Shown: positions 51,649 through 64,000 of the stretch, piece by piece
Layout of the letters: the number at the start of each line of letters is the position of its first letter
Numbering within the stretch: position 1 is the first letter of the stretch
Assembly: GCA_051362555.1 (NCBI GenBank)
Contig: CM120646.1
Span: 7,378,001-7,442,000 of the forward strand
DNA from: Lingula anatina
Lineage: Eukaryota > Animalia > Brachiopoda
DNA: 64,000 nt
Direction: 5' to 3'
The notes under the pieces: generated by a model
Told to the model about the DNA's origin: nothing
Databases searched by the model: none
The model's input: only the letters and a program-made list of their open reading frames with translations
Program-made: the position numbers and the translations under genes

Positions 51649-53297
51649 GCAAGGATCACTGTAAACATATTGCCTGTTGGCTAGTTACTGTTCATATTTC
51701 ATTTTGCGAAAATTGTTTCAATGGATCTGCTTTTAATAGTTAAAATTGTTCATTTATGATAGACCCACATACTAAGTTTACCTGTTGTCTGTTTCGTCTG
51801 TTCTCTTCGACACACTTGGTCACAACTAAATTATCCGCCAAAATTTAGCAATCATAATATAATAATTGTTTCTTAGTTTTGGCGCTATGAACACAAAGTT
51901 TTTGTAATGTAGATTTGTTTGAAGATCTGATGTGATGTTTGACCTGTACCTTTACACGGTATTTCGTCATAACGGGTCATTTTTTATTAACGTTATCGCA
52001 CTTTTTCCCGAGCGTTCCATTAGCCCGCACCTATACTGTATAGTTTTGACGCAATTCTGCATATCATTGATGGTCACTGTTTACTGGAACATTCTTTGAA
52101 TTTTCTTGTTTGTTTGCTGCCTGTGCATTTACTATATTTAACTGTCTAGTATTATTTATGTAAATTCTGAAGTGCTTCTATGGCACAAAACCCTTGGTTT
52201 GAATGTAATAGTAATAATAACAATAATTACAATGTATTACTATATTTTCATTTGTACATAGTAGGGACAATATTTATATATAAATTCACCTAGCAGGCAT
52301 TAAATATGGTCAACATTATGGCTCAAAGATGGCTGTTCCATCCTTAGAACACTGCGTCTCCATTAAATTTAATTAATTAATTCCTGACTAGAATGTGAGC
52401 AGGTGATTTGTCGTGCTGAAGAAATAACTTCATCGAAATAGAATGACATAACTGTCCATTTATATGATGAGAATGTCACGATAAGTGTTAGCTGGATCAA
52501 TAAAGCACTATTTAAAACGGTTTTTGGCTTTAATGCGACAATCTGTGAACAAATACACATTTCTGAAACTTCAGGGACATATTTAATTGTTTGAGAAATT
52601 TTGAGACAATGACCACAAACGCACAAACACTTGTAAGCTTATTAGTCTTTAGACGATTTCATTAACTACAAAATTAATTGCATTGATGATAGCGCTAAGG
52701 ATGGAGACATCTTTGGCACCGAAACCACGTTTTTGTCCCCAGAACGCGTCCATTACGTAATCCGAGGAATTACAGATCAGGGCTTCTAAACCAATGTTTA
52801 TGTAAACCAAGTATGGATAATCATATCTTTAGTCTATTTTGCCTGGTATCAGCGAATTCGTAAATTATATCAACCCATTGTATGTTAATCATTCGCGGGG
52901 GCACTCAACTGAATTCTTTTCAGAGATAAACTTTTAAACAGGTACCACCATTTTCCCTTCAAAATTGGCATGGGTAACCAATGAACAAATCCTGAAGACA
53001 AGAGAGGCAGTAATGGATTAGACGCTAGGGCGGCGCAAAGCGTGGCGCCATACGCCCAATGTGAAGTACCCTGGTGTGCTGTTTGGTACCATATTGTTGT
53101 CGATCACAACACAGTAAATCTATTGCAAATATTGTGTAAACGTTATACAGGCCTTTGTTAAAGGGGGTCTTGGCAATATAGTCACTAACATAGCAACGAA
53201 ACAAAATTCCCGATTTTAACAGAATTCCTAATGAATACCCAAACATACCCACCCTGTAACACAAATGTTAGAAGTGAAAAAAAAAAAAAGCACCTAA

Positions 53298-54179
53298 AGC
53301 CTCGGTCACGACCGGACGCAAGAATTTTAGGATTGCACGGCCCCTGTGAATTTTGGGTGCAGTGGAGGCCGTGGAGTTCGTAGAGGTAGAGGAAAGTTTG
53401 CAATGGAAAGGCGCAAGTCTGCCTTGCGAGTCGCAGAGTCCACGTGAGAAGCAGGGAAGCCAATTGCAAGGTGCGATGTACACATTTCTTGAGTTTGTCT
53501 TGCTACCTGCGTAGGCGGCTCGCACTCACCATTTATGAAGAGAATGCTAGCGGCGAAAGTAATTTCCTTTTGCTTCACACTTGCTTCACACGCATGTATT
53601 GACGTACTGACCGCGTACGTCTTTTTTGCCTCCTGTTCCCCCTTCTCTCTTTTTTCGTCCTTCCTTCTTTTTTGTTCTCTTAGCTTCTTTCCCTTGCCTT
53701 TTGGAGGCATATTAGAAGCTGAATTAAGCAAATTTCGAAATTTTTGAAATGTTGTACACGAGGTACAAGCGACGTTATTTGTCGAGACACGAGCGTGCAT
53801 CGTGAGCACGCCTTTTATACTCCTGGCGTGGGGGCGACGCACTTCCGCCGTGCTTTCGACTTTATTCGTTAGCTGTGAGGGCGTTCGTCGTACTCAACAC
53901 GCAAAGGACACTTGCTCCTTCATTGTTTACGACTTGCGTCTTGGACAACGCACGACTCACTTGCATACTTCTCGCGAACCCCTTGCGAGTGGAACAAGTT
54001 ACGTTTGCGGTCTCGCTGTTCGTAGAATCTTTTGGACATGTCCAACATCCTGCGTACGTGCTTACGGGCTGTCTGCGAATTTGAAAATTCACAAGAACTT
54101 GCGCGGCACGTGAGATTCTGCGCAAAATTTGGACGCAAACAGGCCGTAAGAGCCCGTGCGGCCGGTTGTGACCGAGGCT
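53298..54179. mobile_element. GC-rich non-autonomous DNA transposon (Harbinger-like)
   Basis: TIRs AGCCTCGGTCACGACCGG / CCGGTTGTGACCGAGGCT; flanks TAA/GAA; internal - strand basic MPPKGKGKK... reading frame. Confidence 0.7.
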
Positions 54180-54557
54180 GAAATGCACCGACTTACCCCA
54201 AATTCACGCAGCCGCAAGGAGGCCCAAAATAAGTTTTTATCGCTAAATAAGTTATGTTAAGCTTTTGAAAACCTGCGCGACTTTCACACAAATCATAAAC
54301 CTCATCTCGTCTGATAGTGATTAGGCAAAGCTTTAAATCCAAGGTCGGATTCGCAATCTCAACACATTTCTATCGGTCAAACTTCTCTACTCAATTTTAA
54401 CTTACTTTTCACTTATTATTATTATCATTATTATTTTTTCATTTTGTTAAACAGATGTTTCGGGTGAAGTTAAAATTCTTAGCCTGTTAGACGACAATTT
54501 TTTTTTAAAATAAAAATAAACCTTTTCCGAATTTCCTTCAGTGTGGGAGATATTTCA

Positions 54558-54592
<35 letters not shown>

Positions 54593-55034
54593 ACAAGGGT
54601 GCACAATGCACTGCAACGAGCGCCAATGCACCAATTAAAGCCAGAATCCAGGGCCCCGTATCTCGAAAGCATCGCGTATTGCGAATCGCTATATCAAATA
54701 GAGGCTACAATGTATTATATGGGACGAGTATGGGCGAGTTATGGAATCGAGACGCTTCCGCACGTGCGCAAAATAGCGAACCTATCGAGATACGGAGCCC
54801 AGCAGGTTCAAGATTATACGTAATCCTACTCTACAAGCCGGGGACATCTATAGGTCCTTCAAGTCGATGAGGCTATGATGCGGTAACGGAGGCTTGTATT
54901 CCACCGCCAGGAGGATGTCGCGGCGTACGGCTCAGTTGGGAGGTAAAATCATATGGTACCCTACCCTCTACCAGGGCGACAGATTGATTTTCCACAGATA
55001 TTTCTATAGATAAGAGGACAGCCATTTCGGTTCT

Positions 55035-55079
<45 letters not shown>

Positions 55080-55160
55080 GTCCATAATCATAATTGCGGC
55101 CTTGGTAGAGGGTAATGGTACCCCATCGCTCATGCTCGTGGTACTATAACAAATTGAAGA

Positions 55161-55246
55161 AAATCAATTTCTTGTTCATTCAATGTTTATTTGAAGGAAT
55201 AATAAATCAATTTCTTGTTCATTCAATGTTTATTTGAAGGAATAAT
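55161..55246. repeat. Exact 43-bp tandem duplication containing a - strand AATAAA
   Basis: AAATCAATTTCTTGTTCATTCAATGTTTATTTGAAGGAATAAT occurs twice in tandem. Confidence 0.9.
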
Positions 55247-56313
55247 AAATACACACTGTCAGCAGAAGGTTGTAAAAATAGAATATTGCCATTTAAATGG
55301 CATCTTTTTTTGAGTAATTTTGGCGCTAGTTGTGAGACGTGTTTATCTTTTCTATTTCTTAACCTTATTGGCTGTGTCCTTGAAAATAAATTTTACATTG
55401 CTACTGGCTAAGAGTACTAGGGGAGGCAGTATCGTGAACAGCAAATAAAATTTAAAAAAATAAAAAGAATCGAGTGATCTTAACACTAATGGACAATAGC
55501 AGATAACTCATGTTACTCAGGTTGCCATCGGCAACAAAATCAACTGATTAACAATTCACTCGTATAATTATCACCAACATAAAACTGTGCTTAGGCAAAT
55601 CATATAATTAAATGTCCAATGCAGATCCAACAACTTAATTTTCTAGAAAAACGCATCAACAAATACAAATGTCATGCTTTTCATCATTTTCTATTTAAAA
55701 AAAAAAAAAAAAACATTCTGGATAACATTTTCCCTCCAGATCACCATTTTTCTCTCTGAAGAACCTCAAATAAAATTAAGAAGGAAAAAAAAAAAGCTCA
55801 CATTCAAAATTATGTAAAATTAAAATTTAAAACCTAATTCCACATCCTTTATTTTGCTTTTCTGAAGCAGCAAATTATCATAAGTGAAAATATTAAAACT
55901 TGCGGTAATCCTTACCCTATACAAATAGCAAATCTATATCTATCTAGATATATGTATACATTTAAATATAGATACTGTTCACCAATTTCATACTGAAAGA
56001 CCAGGACATGTATTCCTAATTCAGGTATCACTTCCACCTAAGATACAAAAAGGACACAGCCAATTGCTTGTTTTCCCTGACTTAAATGATGGTCCCCAAC
56101 TTAGGGTTCTCTGTATGCGTGTCAAACACATCCCAATACAACCAATCTCTGCCTTTGCTCTGCTGTATTAACACTGTGTGTACTGCTCAATTCCAATGTT
56201 TATTCTGCTTCTAAGTCTGAAGCTGTCATATTCATCAACATTATATGTCCATATCATAGGGAAACACTTATTCCCCGTGATGATGACTTGATACTTGATT
56301 TGAAGTTATTGGT

Positions 56314-59300
56314 TCAGGATTCCGCTGCCTGTGCTGCATCAGCAGCACCAGTTGCTCCCTCTGAAATGGCTTTCTCTGCCTTCTTTTTCTTCTTCTTAGC
56401 TGCCTTGCGGTTGGCGGAGGTGGAGAGAAGAGCCTGAAGCGCAATTTTACAGGGAAAATGATAATGGCAAATTTAAACATGAAGGGGAAGTTCATTTAGT
56501 GAATTGTTTTACCTCTCCCAATGTTCCCTTCAGCCGGTCCAGCTGCCCTCGTGCCCATAACAAGTGTTGCATACACTACCATACTTGCCAAAATACTTCA
56601 GTTTTCACAGACTAAATACAAAACACACACACATGCCACCAACATGATACGCTACCATACTTGCCAAAATACTTCAATTATCACAGACAATAAACAGAAA
56701 CAAACAACAATTCATAGAAAAGATGATATTTTGATGCCTTTTTCCACCATATTTTGGAATATATAGATCAACAGAGTGACAATAAATACCTTATTTGTTG
56801 TTTTGCATCTGTGCCTTTGGTTTTATTAAGAAGGAATGTAATAATGCTAAAACATAGCTATCAAAACAGATCTGTGGGGACTCTTGAGGAATGCAATCAG
56901 ATTAACACGCCTCCTCGTTTCTTCTGTATTCTTGTAATCAAAAGCTTTTCAGCATTCTATTAAACACCAGGAGGCATGTCAATCCGAGTGCTTCCAGTGA
57001 AGTTCCCTGCAGAGTTTCTATGTAAAACAACAGATTTATCGTGAATAATAAGCCCTTGAAGAACTAATATGTACAAGCCAGTCTATTAAAAATGGCAATT
57101 TCCCAACATGCTGTTGAGAAACAAAGTAACAATGTTAATCACTACATCTTTTCAATGGGGAAAATTCTTAATTTTACAGATACTGTATCTTAAGTCATTT
57201 TTTTAAAAATAAGAACATTTCTTTCAAATGGTAGCAACAAAAGTGAAAAGCAGACTACCCTATAGTTCCCTTCTATACAGCAACAGCACCACAATTGCTA
57301 CTAAAAATATTTTCAATGATTCCAAAATTACGTATCCATGAGATTGATAAATTTATCCCCAATGAAAAGATGGAGACATCCCCATGTACCACCTTACCTT
57401 AATCTTCTCATCCTCCACCTGATGCTCAGACTCGTAGACGTCTGGGTCAAACGGCAGCCCTGTGATCTTCAAGGTCCCGTTGGGCATCAACAGCACAGTG
57501 AACTTAAACTGGGCTACGTACTCATCTGGCAGGTGGAAAAAATGCATAAATTATTAATAATAACAATACCAGACCAATGTAAATTTTATCTATTTAGGTA
57601 GATTTTTAAACAATATGAGATTAAGGTTGAAATCTGTGGATAACACAACTTTTAGGTGATCTGACAAATATTCACTACCAAGAATGGGCAGCCATAGGCT
57701 TTTGAAAATTGTATGTCCAGTTATCGATGAAAGACACAAAAGATTTACCAAATATCTAAAACTTGAAATGCTGATAATAATCAACCCCCCTCCCATTATA
57801 TAAATAACATAATAAAAAAAAGCTGGCCACTATTTGAGGACTGGGGCCTTGAGGAAGAAAGCCACTGGTGAACCAACAAAGTGATTTTCATTTTGATAGT
57901 GTCTGCTGAAAAGCTGTTTCCTGATAATATTGGCATATGTACACGACAACAGGAAAAGATAATTACAGGTAGGAGCTTCAAAATTCAATAAGTTTACATA
58001 TAAGACAACAATATGATTACTATCTTCAGACCATGTTGCAAAACTGGACTCTGGCCAAAGAAAGTGTTGTTAACACTAATGACGCAGAGATTAACAGCTC
58101 GCAGTTAATGACTATAGGCAGGACGTGCTAATAACATCATTAGAGTTTTATTTTTATTCTCTGTAAGCATCTTGGTGTGTACAGAGTTTCAAGGCCACAT
58201 TTTCCCATTTGTACTAGTACACTAAACCTACAAAGAATTTAACATTTCTGGCAAAAAAAGTTATCAACCCAACAGCCTTAATTCTTGCAGGTTGTTGCAG
58301 GCCTGAATTTTTTTTTTTTTTTGGCAGGTTAAATTTGACCAAGGTAATGAAGGTCTCATGGTAAAAGGTCCACTTTTTAGAAAAAAAAAATACAACATTG
58401 AGAATCTGAGAATCGTTCATGGATCTACCAACACCCAACAGCCTATGGGTATTCAGCCTGATGTGACAAGAGCGAAACCTAACTTTTTCACTAATAATTT
58501 GTCCAAAGTAACTGTATTACTATCATTAAAATATCAGAAAATCATAAAAAGGTATTTGTAAACGAGGCAAAGTGATCATTATAAAATTTGAACACTAGCA
58601 AGACAAAACAAGCTTTCCTCAAAGATATGCTAGGAAAAAAATATTTAAGCATATGCCAATATAATTTTATTCTTTTTAACACAATATATAAATGCTTTGC
58701 AGTCAAGTATGGATAAGCCTACTCATATGCGATTTAGGAATCAATAAAGATAACATTCCTTTTCTAAAACATTTCTTTTTTGTCTGTATTTAAGATATGT
58801 TATGTTGCCAGCAGAAAAACTGAAATCTTTGTTCAGAACTATTGAGGAGAATTTTAAAATTGGGGAAATCAGAATTTCTGATTTTGAGAATCTTGTAACA
58901 GAGATACTTTCCTAATCAAAGACATAATTTTAGCAGACATACTTCCAGTATCAAAGAGAATGTATCAGATATGCTCTCCACAGAGAACATTGTAGCAGAG
59001 AAACTTTCCCTATCGAAAGGAATGTTGCAGATGAGATACTTTCCCTGTTAAAGAGGACATTGCAGTAGAGATACTTACTTTTCCTATCAAATAAGCATTG
59101 TAACAGACAAACTTACTTTCCCTTTCAGGGAGGACATTGTAGCAAAGATACTTTCAGTATAAAAAAAAAAATGTAGCAGAGATATTTTCCTTATCAAAGA
59201 GGACATTTCAGCAGAGATACTCACTTTCCCTATCAAAGAGGACATTGTAGGACTCGACCAGGCCATGCTTTACACACTCAACCACTCCCATCTTGGCTTT

Positions 59301-62300
59301 CTTCTCATCCTCAAATGCTCTGGAAATTTTTATCCAATTGAAAATGATTTCTTTTACCAAGAACATGATTTTGCACTTAGAAAAAACATAACAACTGGTT
59401 TCTTGACAAAATATTTCTCTGCAAAACCAATAAACACTGACTTGAAAGACAGGAAGCTGAAATGAACTTTTACAGTTAAAACCTACTGCTTACAACACTT
59501 TCAACTTCATTTGAAATTGGTAATAAACACCTTCAATTCAGCAAATTTGGAAGTGTTTTTACCCACACTACCAATTAAAATACTTTTTTTTAAATATTGG
59601 CAGTCTTCATGAAGATTGACTTTTTCACTCAATTCATATTTTAACTTCAAATGTTCTGCAAAGTTCATTCTATTTTCTTTGTATTTTTTGTACTTGAATT
59701 TAATGCATAAAACTTTCAGTTAATCAAACTTACCTCAAAGTGAAAGGCATGTTGCTAAATTTTGTCTGTACTTCACTAAAAAATTCTGAAATTAGAAACA
59801 GACACTTGGGTTTTCTTATCATTTTAACCCAGGAAATATTCCTTATCCAAAGAAAATTAATCCTGTTAAATTAATATCTTTTCTTTTTCTTTCTTTAACT
59901 TTGGAATCATTAAACCACAAGTGGTGATTGAGGCGTATGCTTAAAGATGGGTTTAATTTAGCAAGAGACAGTTAATTGTCAAAAACTTACTCGCTACATT
60001 TTAATTCTGGAGGTACATATTCCAAGAGTTCACGCCACTGCTAGAAATACATGTCAAGAAACAAATTGGAACAATATTTAAATGAGAAAGCTTGCAAAAT
60101 ACACGAGGAGGTACTCACGTCTTGATGCCTTCATCTTCAGCTGATATATGAGATCTTTTTTCTTATACACAGTGGTCCTGGCATCCATTTCTCGGCCCTG
60201 AAACACATTTGCAAGTAGCACTTAATTCAACAGTAAACAGCTTAGTCCAGACGCAAAATTCAATTTCTTACATACATAAGCCTAACACATTCAAGTTCTC
60301 TTTTTCCAGACAAGAAAGTAGATAAGGGCAGCCATAAGATTTTAAACTTCTGGTCATTTTAATCCTATTATTAAAGGTGCATCTGAAGTCATTTTTCCTT
60401 TTGCCACAAGCTCTGACCGAATACCTACATATAGCTTTAAAGAGCATTATTTAGAGAAATACCAAAGGATTTTGTGTCATATCTGAACAATTTTTTCTGC
60501 TTGCGTTCTGTGCTATAAAATATACACATGGCAGATAAGTAGTTCAGACGTCAAAGTAAAACCAAAAATTCGAAGGTGCAGTTTAAATCTCTGTTATGGC
60601 TGATTGATTGATTAATTTGGTTTATCCCGTGTCAACTTCATATAAGAACTAGCAGAAGTGGTTTATATGCGTTACTTGGAATCCATGCTCCACCACACTC
60701 AGTTCAAATGTAGCTTTTAAATAAGTAGAAGTCAATGAGAAACACCTTTTTTTTCCTCAAAACCCTTGGCATAATAATGAATTTGAAAACTCAATAATCA
60801 CCAATTTGTCTTTCTTTAGTGCATCAACTTTTGTCTTGTGTTAAAAAGAACACAAATGCTAGATGTATCCATGTATTTCAATAGAACTCCTGTCCCCCAC
60901 TCACCTTGCCCTCTCCTGTGCTCACTAGTACATCAATTGCATACACTTCATGGACTTCAAATTCACATTTTTCATGTTCTTTCCTGGAAAAATGAACAAA
61001 ATTACCACACAAGCTCAACACCACCACAAAAGATTTGCTTCTGTCAAATGCCACAAACATGAATGGCCAAACCATGCTACTTCTATGTCCTGGTGTTCAC
61101 AATATCAAACATATTTCAGGTGTCACCATTCATTTATATGATCTAAAATATGATACAAAGAAACAATAAGTACAGGGGCGGATCCAGAGATGTTTTCTGG
61201 CAGTCTTCCAAATTATCTTTGTTAATCCATCCTCCATTTTTGACCGTCTTCCAACAGAAAATATTAGATACCCGTCAATGTAAACTTGAAAATCTGACCG
61301 TCTTCCGGAAGACCCAGAAGACGCCCTAAATCCGTCCCTGAAGTAGGTTACGACTGTCAGCTGCACTTTCACAAGTCCCTTCATTTCAGTAACAGAGAAC
61401 CCATACTGCTAACACTGAATGTTTTTAACAGCTATATAACCGATTTATCACGAACTTAATGCAGTTTATAATGGCACCACACCAAATGCCAGTAGAACTA
61501 AAACCAGGACATTAAAATTCTGTTACTTTATTCTGTTACTTGCCACTGTACTAGCTAGGACATCCCCATTAGGCCAGTAGGTCCTTAAACCGAAAAAAAA
61601 TTTTGCCAGTTCCTGTGGCTAACATTTTCGTTACCAATGTTACATGGTCCCATGTAATCATCTTACCCCATCAGGAATAGTGTTACAGCTCTCTAATGGA
61701 CAAATGCAAATATCCTTATGTTTTTGTTTTAACTGGAGCCCAATTAAGGTAGTAGGCTTTTAAGGGTTATTTATTTTACTATTATTTTTTTTGACACAGA
61801 CTGGGTCTTCATAACCCACCTTTGCGCTTCATTTGGGTTCTGGATGATGGCCTTGTCTCCGTCAATTCTGTGATGTTGTATCTGGTAGGACAGCATGCCC
61901 TCTATTGGCTTACATTTGAATGACTCCGCTACTTTCTGAATAGCTTCAGTTACTGTGTAGTTCTGAAACAAGAAAAGGACTCATGAATAACTTGTCACAT
62001 TTTGGGGAAGAATCAAAGGGTGACTTGAAGCAATGCTAACACGTAATGCTACGTTTCGCATTTATTCAGTGTTTGGATTCTTTAACTTGAATATAATAAA
62101 TAGTGATACTTGTAGATATAACTTGTGTGCCCTCCCCTCTCCGGCAAGCATTTTAGAAAGACAATATTTTTCATTATGGGATATTCAGACTAAACCCACA
62201 TTTTAAATAAAGAACTAGTACGATAGGTTGATGGGAATAGGGCCTAGGGTTCAGTTTTCCTCTCCAGTGAGTGGGTCAAGAAATCCACTTACCTCCTCCC

Positions 62301-63813
62301 CTGGTTTAACTAGCCTCAGTGCTGCCTCTACTCCCCAGTACGCTGCTAATATGGCGTCTGCTTTACGTCCCTTCACTTTGTTCTCCTGAGGAAGTCAAAG
62401 CCGTAGTTAAGTAAAAATCCTCAACATTTCAAATCTATCGATATTCAGAGTTCTGATGAAAAGATTAAATGGTAAGAAAATTTCACCTGCTGAATGATCA
62501 AATTGTTGTTAACTTTTGGAAGGAGTCATTCAACCCCATTATTTATAAACCTTACAGACTTGATAGTGTTACATAATTTGTGCAGCTACACAAGATACAT
62601 TTATTGACCATGCACATTTAACATAAAATAATTAATCAAAATATTTCAGATGCCAAAATACAGTTAGAATCTTATTCACACATAAATTGCCAATTTACAA
62701 GTGTCATAACATGAAAGTTCCATTTGATGCAGGGAAACCAGTATTTTCTTACCACAGTAGCTCCTACGACCAGTGTGTGAGCTACCATAGCAGAGAAGCC
62801 ATCAATGTGGACGCCCATGTCACTGGAATTATAAAATCATACTACATAAGGCTTCAACTCATTCTTTTCTATTTGCGATTTACTGAACCACATGCTGTAG
62901 CAAACATAAAATGATATGTGTCAGTTGCACACAGTTTTTTCCCCCACTAAATATTGTTTAAAATATTCTTTATAATACTGCAAAAACTTGCAACGTATTG
63001 CACTGAGCAGCAAAATCAACCCTCAAATAGGATCTAACTTGAAACTTTTCTTCACAGGTAATAAGTTTAGAGCAAAGGATATATTATTTCCAGAGCAGCA
63101 TCTACTAATTCAGTGTGATGCTATTACATATCAGAAAGTGTTAGTCAGTAACATAAACTATCAACCTCTTACCAGTTGCCAGTAAAACAGAATTCATGGC
63201 AGTAAAATTTGTGTAAATTTGTGAAGTAGCTGGTTTTGACTTCAATGGTTAGTGGATTTTTCACATTTCAATTAAAATTCTTCAGATGAAAAGTGTTACA
63301 GAACTTTCAGTCTGCGGGGAAAGAGACATACATTTTTACCAAATCCCCGTCCTTCAGTTCCACGTCTGGGTCACTTTTGAGAGGAGAGAAGTGACAGATG
63401 CAGTTGTTGACAGATAGACAGCATGGAAAGGCAATACCTGCAAAGAGAAGTCAACATTTTTAACTTCTTTTTTGATAACTTTAAATGGTCAATTTCTTTG
63501 GGGAATCACACAAATACAAGTTAGTATTAAAATGTATTTTGACATGCTCAGTGTTTTTCTTTAAAACATACTTTTCAAAATGGGAGATATATAATTGGTC
63601 ATTCATTGGGAAGTAAAATACACAAAAATGAGAAAACTATGAAAAACCTACACAAACTTCACACTTATGTGAGGCTATTTGTACCTTTCTTCATCTCCTT
63701 GTTCTTCTTGAATACTTTGCCTGTTTCTTCCAGCATTAGCTTATCCCCAAACTCACAGATCTCTACTATTTTGGCTCCGGCTACACATTTTTCCACCACT
63801 TGCTTTAAGATAT
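56314..63813 (-). CDS. PA2G4: Proliferation-associated protein 2G4 / EBP1 (M24 fold); first coding exon outside the window
   Basis: Exons 63813-63685, 63437-63332, 62822-62753, 62385-62293, 61962-61820, 60983-60905, 60197-60119, 59785-59734, 59319-59225, 57525-57398, 56433-56314; phase-consistent; [87 protein letters not shown]. Confidence 0.96.
58895..59250 (-). repeat. ~35-39 bp minisatellite derived from a PA2G4 exon end plus its donor site
   Basis: About ten units of AGCAGAGATACT(TAC)TTTCCCTATCAAAGAGGACATTGT; the last unit overlaps the real exon. Confidence 0.85.
61173..61340 (-). mobile_element. 168-bp MITE in a PA2G4 intron (second copy)
   Basis: Reverse complement of 21875-22042; 5-bp TSD AAGTA. 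Confidence 0.85.
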
Positions 63814-64000
63814 CTGAAAAAGAAAGCATGGAAATGTTGTTATTATTTCTATTCAACTTATATAATTCTAATTTATCGAGTTAGAGAAAAATTGCAAAAC
63901 AGATTACCCTTACATAAAAATCAACATAATGATTGAGAAATAAAATAATAAAATCCTCAGGGTGATTAGATCTGCATACAGAAGAATATTCCCGTTTTAA

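Noticed and set aside
54541-55133. ORFs with poly-Lys or poly-Phe
   Set aside because: Produced by poly(A) tracts inside small repeat remnants, including an inverted repeat at ~54955-55122
56960-57017. Possible alternative terminal exon of PA2G4 ([12 protein letters not shown])
   Set aside because: Only an AG and a short frame; no similarity to EBP1, while 56433-56314 supplies the canonical Lys-rich C-terminus
56434-63684. Intronic snoRNAs in PA2G4
   Set aside because: No convincing C/D box pair with a terminal stem or H/ACA structure found by eye; an Infernal scan would be needed

Overview
AT-rich, intron-containing animal genomic DNA; the repeat and gene content suggest a marine invertebrate such as a mollusc (inference). 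There are three gene blocks. (1) Three tandem + strand, five-coding-exon genes (~5.1-27.7 kb) encode type-I membrane proteins with a signal peptide, one divergent CUB-like domain, one TM helix and a PPxY-bearing tail. (2) Four tandem single-exon orphan class A GPCR copies (~30.9-51.6 kb) follow, three intact and one pseudogene. The pseudogene has a Tc1 element just upstream of its TATA-like box, and the copies look like recombinant mosaics. (3) A 5'-truncated PA2G4/EBP1 gene lies on the - strand (56.3-63.8 kb). Between the genes are a ~0.7-0.8 kb tandem array, an internally deleted L1/Tx1 element with both ends and a TSD, several MITE families with 3-, 5-, 6- and 8-bp TSDs, and Penelope, SINE and LTR-like remnants. 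All exon structures were assembled by eye from splice consensus and reading phase; no database searches were run.
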